Source: Spironucleus salmonicida
Taxonomy: Eukaryota
Direction: 5' to 3'
DNA length: 64,000 nt
NCBI RefSeq assembly: GCF_000497125.1
Contig: NC_090598.1
Span: 1,674,001-1,738,000, forward strand
The notes below the pieces were generated by a model. That model did no database searches and had not been told where the DNA came from. It saw only the letters and a list, made by a program, of their open reading frames with translations. Positions 28,399 to 40,595 of the stretch are shown here, one piece after another. A program made the translations under genes and the position numbers. Positions within the stretch are counted from its first letter, which is position 1. Each line of letters begins with the position of its first letter.

Positions 28399-29472
28399 TC
28401 ATTTCTTTAAGTTAGGTTTGAATGAGCAATCTATCAATAATTACTAACTTTTTTCTAGTTATGACTTTTTAAATAAAGCTTATCTTTTTTCAATCTACAA
28501 TCTATGATACTCAGTAACATTCTTCAAATTTAACTTACCTTATACGTTATGATGCTTTTGTTATTTATCTTTAATATACTAAATTTAGTTTCGTTTTTCC
28601 TAGTCTAGCTGGTCTATCTCCATCTGATATTATTTTTTTAACTACTGTTAAGATAATTTTTTTTCTTTTACTTAGATATCGTAATCATAATATTTAGATA
28701 TTCTTTTACTAATGAATCTAGATGACTCATTTATTTTTGGTTAAAAATTGAAATCTTCATATTATTTTATCTATTTTTTTTAATAATTATATATTGGTTA
28801 TCTACTTATCGACTTAGATAGGAGCAATGAAACTTGATTTATCTTTGGATTAAATGTTTCTTATTCTTTTACTTATTCCGTAATTTATTATAGTCTTTAC
28901 AGTCTTCTTTCTTTAGCCGCTTTTTAGCGATCAAGAAATTAGTTTAAATCAATTTATTTCGATTATTATTACTATTCAATTGGGTATTTTCTCTTATTAT
29001 AAGATTTAGGTTACCAGAGAGCCTTAGATTATGATCTTTCTAATTATTTTGATACTTTTAATATTTTAGGGGAAAATGAATACTAAATATCTGTTTCTTA
29101 AGGAATCTCTTTAGTTTTATATAATTTTTTGTTAAAATCTGGTGTAAAAATTATAATTTTTTCTGATTTATTATTGGGAGCTAACAGATCTTCTTATTTT
29201 ATTGATTTAGAAAGTAGTAGTTATTTTCCTTAATTATACAATTGATTAAATATATTATCCCCTCTATTTATTGATGATTTATTAATTTTAGGCGTAAAAG
29301 AGTAAATTGTCTCTTTAGGCTTTAAATGGCTGTTCTCCTTCTTATATGGAGATGATAAACGATTATACTTAAAATTAGATATATTTTACTATGTAGTTTA
29401 AGTCTTAAGAGGTATATTATTAGCTTTACAACTATCTAATAATTATTATAAGCAAAAATCCAAGGACTTCAT
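28399..29472 (-). CDS. Coiled-coil protein with repeated FxP motifs
   Basis: Repeated YSFTPKIN, IFTPDFN, YSFSPKI, FNFQPKIN and CSFKPNL motifs. Confidence 0.7.
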
Positions 29473-29523
29473 AATTTTTGAATAATATTATAATCATATA
29501 TTATATAATAATTTAATAATGAA

Positions 29524-30126
29524 TCATTTTATATTTATTTTATCTGTTTGAAAATGTTCAATTTATTTTTAATAAGAATCATATTATTATGCGCCTAAAG
29601 CTCTTGATATTTGTTCGCCTATGAGCTTTTCAATATCCTCCTCTTGTGGATCTTCAGTTATATCATTCAGTACATCATCTTAAACATCTGCATAAACACT
29701 TAATTTATCAGAATTTTTAATAAGACCTATAACAGCATTTTTCATCTCCTACGTAGAATTTTCAGCTAAAAACTAGTCTATGACATTACCTGTATTAGTA
29801 AGAATATTTCCAACATTTGCATTTACACACATTGAGCGTACTTAACTTTCAAATTAACTTAACGAGGCTATATTTTCTAATATCTTACCTTTTTATTTTT
29901 ATGCAGCTATTACGTTCTTAGCATAAATTTCCATAACCTTTTTACTATTGTTCTTTGCTGCTTATTTCATTGTCATCTCAATCATAGAAATTTCTGAATC
30001 AATTTACATTACCAATTTACTCAATACTTTATTTTACAATTATACATCTTACTTTATTTATACCATAAACTAATCGGGAGTCAGTTTAGGAGGTTCTTAT
30101 GTTTTTTTCTAAAAAAATTTGCTCAT
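29524..30126 (-). CDS. VPS24: ESCRT-III subunit, VPS24/CHMP3-like (Snf7 family)
   Basis: MKQAAKNNSKKVMEIYAKNVIAAQKQKGKILENIASL with an acidic C-terminal half. 200 aa, read fully. Confidence 0.75.
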
Positions 30127-30233
30127 TTCTAACGCTAAAGAGACTTTAGTATAATATATCTATAATTATGAATAAGTAAATTTTATTTAATAGTTTTAAT
30201 ATATTTCTAAAAATCAACATTCTAAAAAATTAA

Positions 30234-32642
30234 ATGTATTAACGATCTAAGTCTGCCAGAGTCCTATCACATTTTGCAAAAATAATTCCAAAGACAAAGA
30301 TATATTAAGAATATAACTCAGCCACATAATTATTAACTTAAATTGTTAAATAAACTCCATAATTATCACTTCCATATAGGCCACTGAAATAAGTTGAAAT
30401 ATAACAAATTTCATATGAATAACATTAATAAAACTAAAAATATATATCATAGAATAATATGAGATGTGCTTCTGCCAGAGTTTATAAAAAATTTCCGCCA
30501 AGAACGTAGAAAACGCCAACTTTGTAATAATTTTAAAGGCCTATAAGAAGAATTAGCGCTGATAATAATAACTAAGGTAATTAAACTGAATTTGAGCCAT
30601 AAATTATGGTTAAAAAAATATAAGGAATCTAAGTAGAGAATCACTCAATATCAAAGATCATTATATAAAGATCTAAGAGTTAAATTCCAAGATAAATTAC
30701 ACAAAAATTTTCAGGTAAGTTGATTTAAGGAATTTGGTGTGTAAATAGTTGCTTAAATACGTAAAAATAGTAACAATTACTAGAATAGGATCTTAATATT
30801 TCAGTTGTTAAGTAGTCTACGTTTACTCCTGTAAATTTATACAATATATAAAATTATGTAGATTTTGCATCTTAGATTGTTTAATCTGCTGGAGTTACTA
30901 TTCTTAATGAGAGTTAGCCAGATATTAAGCGATTTCGAACAGGGAGATTTAAGAATATTTAAATTAGTAATAATTTAATTGAAAGCGAGAATGTGTAAAA
31001 ATGTAATTGTAAAGACACAACCAGTGGGAAAGAAAACAATATAAAAGATATCATTTCCTCAGATTTTATAATTTAACAAAAACTTATACATTCAACTGCA
31101 AATTAAGCATCATCTCTTATACTTTTTAAGTATATATCTACTAATAATCAATCACTGAAAGAAGGTACACTATAGATTTCTTAACTTTATTATTAGTGGC
31201 TGGATATTGTTTATTATAAAGACTTTGGTCTCATCAAATTTTCCCCCTTACATAATAAATTGTTATCAACTAATGACCATCTTAATGCAATTGTTGAAAT
31301 ATTTGAGTGCTTAGATTAAAAAATGCTTCTAGGATGTATCTAAAAAAAGCTTATCTACATAAACAACCTTAAATTTGACATATTTGAATATGCATTTTAG
31401 ATCCCAGTTTAGTAATTATATACCAGACTTTAGTTTAGCGACTTGATTATCAGTAGCTTTTCAGATTTTTCATTTCAGAAAATTTTTCAGCTTCTCTACT
31501 TAATATCTATTTAAAAATCATTTTTTCCAATTCAAGAATTATAACACAGAAGTTATCTATTCTTTACAGTTGCAGTTTAAACTTCAATTAGTTTTGAAAC
31601 ATTTAGTCAAGCGGAGCATTTTTCAACTTAATTTTTTTAATTTAGCAAGTAACTGCTTAATTTTTCCATCTCTTATACAAGTAATGTACTAGCATTAATT
31701 TATTAAAACTATAACTTAAAAAATAAAGATAAACTTAGTGTATAAGGATTTAAAATCTTTGACGAAAGTATTTAAGGATTAATTTAAAATGAGTAAGATA
31801 AATAGATATAGTCATCATTTTACGATATAATATTTGAAAATTTGTATGGTTACAATTTTAAAAAAACATATTATGTGAAAGCAAATGAATTTTTAACATA
31901 TTCAACTATTATTATGGATGAATACATTTTTGAAGGAGTGTATATATATTACTTTAACCATTTTGATAAATTTTTTAAACCAGAATTGGCAGAAATATCA
32001 AAGTTTACAGCTTATTAAATTATACCAAAAGTTTAAATTTTATTATTTTTATCCGTTTAATATATTAAGTCATTGTGCTTATCTTAATCAACTTGTAATG
32101 TTGTTGCCTCTGCATTTTAAGGAGTTATTCCATGTAATATTAAGTTATTTATCTATTGCTACCAAACTATTACATATCTATTTAAAATGATAATTGATGA
32201 TAAATATATACAACTTTTATTATAAAGTACAAAATCTGCCTAGTAATAATTTGTTCTTGCTAAACATTCATAATTTTGCAATTAGATTTTAAGTGAAATA
32301 TTAATGATAAATTATATGATTGTAGGAAATGATTTAAATATTGAATTATTATATAAGGGAGATGTTTCAAAGATGATATTTAGTGCTACGAACAGTTATG
32401 ATAGAAATACTTATATTGAAGATACCTTGCTATTTAAAATATCGAAAAACTTCATATATCAGGAAATTGAACGATTATATATTGCTTGTAATGATTGTGA
32501 ATTGCTACATTAAAAACTATTAAGCATATTGATAGAATCTGATGTTGTGTCAGAAAAATTATTCGATATAAGTAAAAATGTAAAATTTTTAGAAATTATA
32601 TAAAACTGCTAAAAATTAAACTAAAGTGAATTATTAAAGTGA
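30234..32642 (+). CDS. Hypothetical protein (~802 aa)
   Basis: The frame includes track ORF 32304-32513 and ends AAG TGA. An alternative in-frame ATG at 30168 lies in the AT-rich spacer. Confidence 0.6.
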
Positions 32643-32643
32643 A

Positions 32644-33114
32644 TCACTCCTTTTTCTTAATTTCTTCAACAATATCAGAATCCTTATTTTCTTCTTTTTT
32701 GATATCGTCAGATTGCTCTTTATTAGATTATTTTACATTTTTATCACTATTCTTTTCCTATTCCCCAACCAATTTTATAAATTTTTTGGCTAAGTCTTCT
32801 TCCTTAAACCTAAAAGCAAATACAGTTGGAACAGCTTTGTCACCAGACTCAGAATAATCCATACATGCAATCGTTACAGCTTTAGCACTAGTACCCATTT
32901 ATTCTACCTTAAGTTCATAAATTGGGAAATTACAGGCAAGTTTACCAGTACCTTCCCTATGGAGAAGTACACGAGTAAACTTATCTGATTTGGCAATAAC
33001 AAGCTCACCATCACCTCTTTCTTTCCATTCAGGAGCAGCAAATCTGTAAACCTTAGCAAACTCACGGAAAAGCTCGATTTCATCAGAATCTATTTTGGTT
33101 TTCAGTGATGACAT
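32644..33114 (-). CDS. RanBP1: Ran-binding protein 1 (RanBD1 domain)
   Basis: AKVYRF..EWKERGDGEL..TRVLLHREGTGKLACNF..AFRFK. Extends past the track ORF through TAA=Gln. Confidence 0.9.
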
Positions 33115-33179
33115 TAAAATAAAGTGGAAGGTAAAATGTATATATTATAGTAATATATATATTATTAAATTTATTCATT

Positions 33180-35066
33180 TCAGCAACATGATTTTTTTAT
33201 TAGACTATTTTAAATATTAATATTGGTAGGTATTATAACTTCTTCAAACTCTATAAATTCATAGATTTAATTAATATTCTCTCCATTTTTTGCAGAAACA
33301 AATAGAACCTTCTAAATATGATTATCATTTGCGAATGTTCTTATTTAATTCTCAATTTTTGGACTTTTACAATCGCATTTCAGACCAACCAAGATTATTT
33401 CTTTATTGAAAATAACTATTTAATTATACCAATATTAAAGATCAAGAAGACTAAATTCACCTTCGATCGAGCTAATACATAGTAAAATGATGTTAGATTT
33501 CTTAAATGCGCTATTACAAATAGATAAATACTATTCTTGACCTGCAGTATCATAAAAAACTAATTGGTAATTTTTTTTATCAGACAAAAACTTGAGTGTA
33601 ACAATATCCAAACCAACTGTTGCAGCAGACTATACAAAAATATTATTCTAGAGTTTGCCGAGATAAGAAGATTTTCCAGAAGACATAGGACCACATATTG
33701 CAAGTGAGAGTTTAAAATCTGATGTCGAGTAAATTTAATCTGAAATCTATGTTCTATCTAATTATAATTTTCTAATGTTGTTTTCTGGATATATTTATGA
33801 GCCAAATTTTAAAGTCAATTTACTTTGTAGTATTTATTATAAATTTGAATTATCTTAGTCTACAATATATTATTTTTACTAAATCATGGTAGAATTTATA
33901 TTAAATATTGATAAAGCTTATCTTGCTTCCTCGACTACTCTTGCTTCCTCGACTACTCTTGCTTCCTCGATTAATCTTGCTTCCTCGACTACTCTTGCTT
34001 CCTCGATTAATCTTGCTTCCTCGACTACTCTTGCTTCCTCGATTAATCTTGCTTCCTCGACTACTCTTGCTTCCTCGACTACTCTTGCTTCCTCGACTAC
34101 TCTTGCTTCCTCGACTACTCTTGCTTCCTCGACTACTCTTGCTTCCTCGATTAATCTTGCTTCCTCGACTACTCTTGCTTCCTCGATTAATCTTGCTTCC
34201 TCGACTACTCTTGCTTCCTCGACTACTCTTGCTTCCTCGACTACTCTTGCTTCCTCGACTACTCTTGCTTCCTCGACTACTCTTGCTTCCTCGACTACTC
34301 TTGCTTCCTCGACTACTCTTGCTTCCTCGACTACTCTTGCTTCCTCGACTACTCTTGCTTCCTCGACTACTCTTGCTTCCTCGATTAATCTTGCTTCCTC
34401 GATTAATCTTGCTTCCTCGACTACTCTTGCTTCCTCGACTACTCTTGCTTCCTTAAATAACTAATCTTATTCATCTAAACTAATATTATCATATTTATCT
34501 GTAGATACTTGTGTTTAAATAGTAGTACTCTGATCATTAGTACTAGAGTCATTAGATATATTTTCTAATTTAGATTCTACTAACTAACTCCATTCATTAG
34601 TACTTATAGCATAAGAAAATAAACCATTTTTATTCTAAATTTCTTTTATCTTTTAGCTCAATTCATTTTACACTTAATCAAATATGGGATACATATTGAT
34701 TTTAACCAATGATATTATACTTTATGCCACATATTCAACTGTTTTTAAATAAGGCGGTTCCTTAAATAAATCCGATGCATCATAAGCCACTTTAGCTGAT
34801 TGACAAAAATTTTTATGATTTTATAAATAATAGAATAATTATTCTTTCATGTTTATATTAATGTTTTATTTCAATATTTCGTTGGATAAATTACAAAGCT
34901 CTTATCCAGTTTTAATTGAATCAATAAATGACGTATATTACTTTTACGTAATATAATTGATAAGCTCTAGTGCTATTTATTAAGCGTCTAAAATATCCTC
35001 TAAATAAGCTTTGACTCTTTTTAATGTTGTACTAGATAAAGGACTTAAACAGTTTGGAAATTGCAT
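33180..35066 (-). CDS. Large Rab GTPase fusion: N-terminal CH domain + (EEARVV/EEARLI)n rod + C-terminal Rab domain ending CC (628 aa)
   Basis: One continuous code-6 frame. Rab motifs GPMSSGKS, ATVG, DTAGQE, GLKCD, FVSAK and C-terminal KKSCC. CH-like segment ALELINYIT..FIDSIKTGQELCNLSN..FYYLQNHKNF. Confidence 0.8.
33922..34453. repeat. 18-bp coding tandem repeat, 29 full units plus a partial unit, two variants
   Basis: CTTGCTTCCTCGACTACT x22 and CTTGCTTCCTCGATTAAT x7. On the minus strand these encode RVVEEA and RLIEEA. Confidence 0.97.
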
Positions 35067-35174
35067 GATTTTAATTTAGTAAAATGATAATAAATATATC
35101 AAAATATAATATATCAAAAAATTATAACTCATAATTAAATAGTAAAGTATATTTTTAGAAATAATATAATTAAA

Positions 35175-36074
35175 TCAGTCTGATTCACTATCGTCTGAAG
35201 ATGAGTCATCCATGCAAAAACCACCGACCATTTCCTCTTCCTCTGTTTTTTCTTTTTCATTGGATTATACAGCATTAGTAACAGGAGAACTGACAGATGA
35301 TGATCCGGAACCTATCTAACTAAACATTTTATCACAAGAAGTAGTTTTCATAAAAGAAACAAATAAATCTACCCACATTTCAAATCCTGTAATTCCAGTA
35401 GCAATCATTATTTTATTAATATTTTCAGAATTAATATCCTTACCTGCTGCCTCTAATGCTATACAAGCATATGCAATAGCAGTTCCAGAATTTTCTGATT
35501 GAGCTGGAGGACCATAATTAATTTTTCTAGGTTCAGCTGGTGTAGTAGTGCTCTCAATTCTTTTCTTAACTGGTCCTGGAATCTCCATTACCGAGTTATC
35601 ATCTTCTAAAATTTAAGAAAGTAATATGTTGTTTTCTTCATGTCTTTAAGTAAGTTTGTCTATATTCGCAGATCTAACCATATTTTCAAGTTCCTTAGCT
35701 TCCATAACCATATCAATAATTCCATGATCTACTTCATGAACATGAGCAACTACACCTCTAGCTAACTCACTAACTTCACTTTAAGAACCATTAATGAAGT
35801 CACCTCCACTATAGAAGCAATTAATAGCTTTTGAGAAAAGAGAGTGATTTTCAATATGAATGAATAAATTATCTTTAGAGTTAATTTTCATGTGCATATT
35901 ATTTAATTTATTGAAAAATTCTAAAAATACAGTGCCTGTCTTCATATCTTCAACAAAATCTTTATAACTGCTATCTAAAACATGGTTAATCACCCTTAAG
36001 GCTAGATCAGAATCCATTTTCAGTTATTCTAATTTCCACATTCTTCTTCTCATGGTTGGTGAAGTAACTGACAT
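35175..36074 (-). CDS. CH domain fused to a 60S acidic ribosomal stalk protein P1-like domain (299 aa)
   Basis: Track ORFs 35781-36017 and 35316-35588 join through TAA=Gln with no TGA between them. CH: ALRVINHVL..DFVEDMKTGTVFLEFFN..FIHIENHSLF. P1: AIAYACIAL..INSENINKIMIATG..WVDLF..IGSG..EEEEMVGGF. Confidence 0.8.
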
Positions 36075-36977
36075 TCGTAAGAAATAGGAATGGTTAATTG
36101 TTTAATGTGATTAACCTAATTGTATATAATAATTATAATTATATTTATTTTTATTATTTAAATTTTACTTATTATTTAAATTATTTAATCAATTGAATTA
36201 TTTTAACTAATAATATATTCTCAACAATTAGGAGTAATTCAATGTTAGAACAAATTAATCAATATTAATACTTATGTAATATAAGAATATAAAATATTAA
36301 TTAAATATACTCATACGCACTATAATTAAATATTATAAAATTGATAATACTAACTTTTTAAATAATTATTGTACTACTAAGATATTTTGTTTATACTTTT
36401 ACATTTTATAAATTTAAACTATAGCATAACAAATTTAACTGTAAATATCTGGTGTTATTGATGATTACATATAGATCTAACTAACAAAATTTTAAATAAT
36501 GAAGATCCAACCTAATTTAAGTTATTTTATACAGTTAAATTTATGTTTTATAGCGTATATTCCTTATTAGTTAAAAAGAATTATCATGACTTAAAAAGAG
36601 TATTAATTAATCGGATTTTATTATTGATAAGTAATACAACAAGTATTTAATATATATTTAATAGTTTTCCCAAACCAATAAATAGGTAATTTTGATAATA
36701 TGAGTCGCAGTGTGTTAATATTTATCATTAATTGTTGTATATGATAACGATAAAAATTAAACTTAGGTTTCAATAAAATAATTTTCTAATTTATCTCATT
36801 ACAATTTCACAAATTAGCAAAAAAGATGGATTGGAATATAATTAAAAAATAAGCTATATAATTTTCCAATGAGTCCAAATACTTACTTAAAAATTATGTT
36901 ATATGAATATGTATTAAATCTTGATAGATTTAACTTTTAAAAATAATCTGAAAATTAAATCTAAGCAAAAGATTAAA

Positions 36978-38606
36978 TCAGTCAATTTTGATGTATTAAC
37001 TATATTATTGAATATCACACTATGTATCTGATTATTTTATTTCAATATCCAACTAAATTTTTCCCAGTTGTATACTTTATATTTATATTTCATAAATTAA
37101 AATTAAATGCTAAATATCGAAATACCGTAATGGTACTTTTTATAATGAACTACTCTGAAGATTTTAAACTATACGTAATATTCTTTGTTAAGATTTATAA
37201 TATTAATTGCTATTTTAATGCGGTGATCCAGGAAATATTCCCGAAAATAAATTTTATGCTACGGCCATAATATCATTATTACAATAACAAAAATATTATA
37301 AAATATGGTCAACTTCTAAAAAATGATCAAATTTAATATTCTAAACGCTTTTTGTATTTTGATCGAACATATAATTAATATTTTTAGATGGAATACCTAG
37401 AATCTACACTAACTCTATGAATAACGGTTATGTATATATGTTTTTTTATTAACCAATCAATGTTATGTTATTCATTTATTCAAATTTTAATAAACTAAAA
37501 CTTAAAAACTATTCATCTTATATTAGTTTCCGTATAAAATACAAAATTTAGTAGTAAATCTTTGGCATATTAAACGTGTCAAGTTTATCTAAATTAAGTA
37601 AATTTGGTAACAATTATATAAACAATTAAAAATGTAAATCGTCAAGATTAATATTAAACTAATCTAAACTAAATGCTTACTTTATTTATAGGCCAGACTC
37701 CAGCATCAACACAATTAAAAATTAATCTTTAAATTATACTTATTAAACATCAATTTACTTTATTTATGTTTGTATAACTAATAAATTTAGATTTTTTATT
37801 TATAGTATATAATTTTCAAAATTGAACTATTATTATTTATCTAAATCATTGTAATACTTTTATAGTTATGTAAGATCTTGGTAGCATAAAAAATCATAGA
37901 TTTAACTAGTAATAAAATTGTATTATTACTAGTGTTTTAATAACACTTGGTGATAATCGATGTTGTAATAACAATTAGATATTATAGCCGAAAAGAGAAT
38001 AAAATCATGTTTAGAAATATTAAAAAGGAACTTTTCGTTTTCTGCATGAATATGACAAATATCCGAATTAAAAAATATGTTTTCTAGTATGGTAAGGTAG
38101 GGAAATAAAAGGTATTTAACTTCATTTTCATCATATATGAAAGCACCAGTATTCTCAATTGTAATAGTGTATTACTTATTTTACAATAATATATTAAAAT
38201 GATTATCTACCTATAGCTGTTATACACAAATCAGCTCAGGCTCCTACAAATTTATTTGTAGAAAATCATACTAAATAAATTTATCTGTTTATATATTTTG
38301 TTTAACACTTTAAGTTGCTATATTATCTGATTAATATTCATTTTAATCATAACATGCACTATTTTGTTTATCAAATTCTTCTATTAATTTATTTTACTAT
38401 ACCACATCTTTAAAATGTAAAAAATCATTTTTATCTTCAAAACTAATAGGTTACTCATAATCTAAAGCTCCAACCCAACATTACTAAAGTTTTGGGTTTA
38501 AATACAGCTAGTTGTTTATTTCAGATATAAGTTTTGTTTCATTATTAAAATAGTAGCATGAATCTAACTAGATACTAGAGAATAATAAATTATCATAATT
38601 TTCCAT
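36978..38606 (-). CDS. Hypothetical protein (542 aa)
   Basis: Frame read through without TGA from ATG 38606 to stop 36978. No motif recognised. Confidence 0.6.
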
Positions 38607-38664
38607 TATAATTGATATTATCGATATATTATATAAATATTGAAATAGTTTCAAATTTTAAATA

Positions 38665-39186
38665 ATGTCTAATGAGCCTTCAATTTCAAAGCGTTTGAAA
38701 ACAATGTCTAATAATTACGAAGAGCTGAAAAATTTGAACAGATCTCATAAAATGGAGGTAGCTAATTTCTAATTAGAATGCTAACAAATGCGCAATTAAC
38801 TCCTCAAATTAAAGAAAGAATCTGACTTCACTTATAACTTAATTTAAACTGCCTCATCAAGAAAAAATTCTATGTAATAAAATTTTAGTAATTTACAGCA
38901 CTCAGTTTAATCAGAAATTTAAATTATTATGGGTCTTGATTAATAATTTATTGAATAAAAAAAATAAACAGCTTATATTAACTAATAGATTGCTGAGTGT
39001 AAAAATTATGTTTAATAGCTATGTGATGAACGTGAAAATTTAAATTCTGAGAATAAGTAATTAATAGAAGAGAAGCAACTTTTTTAAGATCAAAAGAAGG
39101 AGCTTTTTGAACATAGAACCAGGCTAGTTGCTTAATTATAAAAACAAGAAGGCCATCTTTCTGCAGTTAGAGCTAAGATGTAATGA
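38665..39186 (+). CDS. Small coiled-coil protein
   Basis: Heptad-rich E/Q/K frame. Ends TAA TGA. Confidence 0.7.
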
Positions 39187-39240
39187 TGATTTGTTATTTT
39201 ATATTATAAAATATATAATCAATAAATAATTTAATTATAA

Positions 39241-40584
39241 ATGGATCTCTTAGTACATTAAGGAAAATAAGAATATATCATAAATATTAACCAAAATTCT
39301 CCAAAAAATAATGTTTTAATTATTCCATCTAGATTTATAGCTCGAAAAATAAGTATTTTTTGTGCAGATATTATTTTAGGATTTTTATGTATCATTTAAA
39401 ACTACATTGTGTTATTGTCATAGCATGATAAAGATATAATTTTTATTATATACATTATTTGTTTAGATTTTATTATATAACCTTTTTAGTTATCAGCTAC
39501 AAGGCTAACTTTATAGTTTGCTACAAGAGATAATAACAATTAAATTTAAACGTTATTATGTACAGTTTTTCTACTATAATTAATCATATCAGTAGTTATA
39601 TGTAGTATTTTATTACTTGTGCTGTATTTAATCTACCCTTTATCGATATAATATTATTATTTGGTTTATTTTTCTTCTTTAACTTATGGATTTATAAATC
39701 CAATTATTTATTTTACTTAGTATTATGAATATAGTTATAAAGCATCATTATATGAAGCAATCTAATTTTTTTATACAATTTCTTTTTCCTTGTATTATAA
39801 CGTTAATAATTATACATACTTTATCTCATAGTCAATGTTAAGATTACTAATAGGATTTATTATGATATTTAATAGCTATTTTGAAAATGATTCTAAATTC
39901 TAAATTAATTATACCAATATATTTCTACGATACAAGGCTTCATTTTTATATCTTTCCATTAAAAGTAGCATTATTAATGGAACTATATAGAATTTAAGAT
40001 AAATTACATATACTTCTTTTGTCTTCTATTAGTTATATATATCAAATGAATAGAATAATTACTATTTGTTTCTAAAATTGTTTCATCTTTCATACTTTAT
40101 TCATATTAATGAATAATTAATGTATGAAATTAGCTTCTCATTAAGTAAATTTAAAAGTTAGCTTAAAGTAAAATATTATCTATTTTTAGCGTTATTTTGC
40201 AACTACTTATCATTAGCTTTAATATTATGTCCGTTATCACTTTTACATATAGAAAATTTAAATAATTTAAAATATAAGAATATTATTATTTACGAATGCT
40301 ATATTCTATTGCCATCCAGTTTTAGTAGAGTATTCTAAGTTATATGTTAGAATAAAATGTTATTGTTAATTTAATTTATTTAAGGATTTTCAGTTATATT
40401 AATTGGTATAATTTAACATATGCTTACAGATTTTGCTACAAAAGATGATAGTTTTAGTTTTTTATGGTTATACTATTGCTCTTTTACAGATAGTGTCATA
40501 GGATTTTTTGGTTTCATCGTTATTCTTATTCGAATAATGAAAAGAGACAAAGAGTATATCAAAATGTAAAATGTATTAAATTGA
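39241..40584 (+). CDS. Multi-pass membrane protein (possibly a divergent transporter)
   Basis: 447-aa frame with many hydrophobic segments. Family not established. Confidence 0.6.
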
Positions 40585-40595
40585 ATTTATCAAAA

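Noticed and set aside
33922-34453. Possible CRISPR-like array
   Set aside because: Head-to-tail tandem units with no unique spacers, in a eukaryotic coding context, with no cas genes.
33886-34464. Plus-strand track ORFs (LASSTT)n and (LLLPRL)n
   Set aside because: These are antisense readings of the 18-bp repeat. The minus frame is continuous with the CH and Rab domains.
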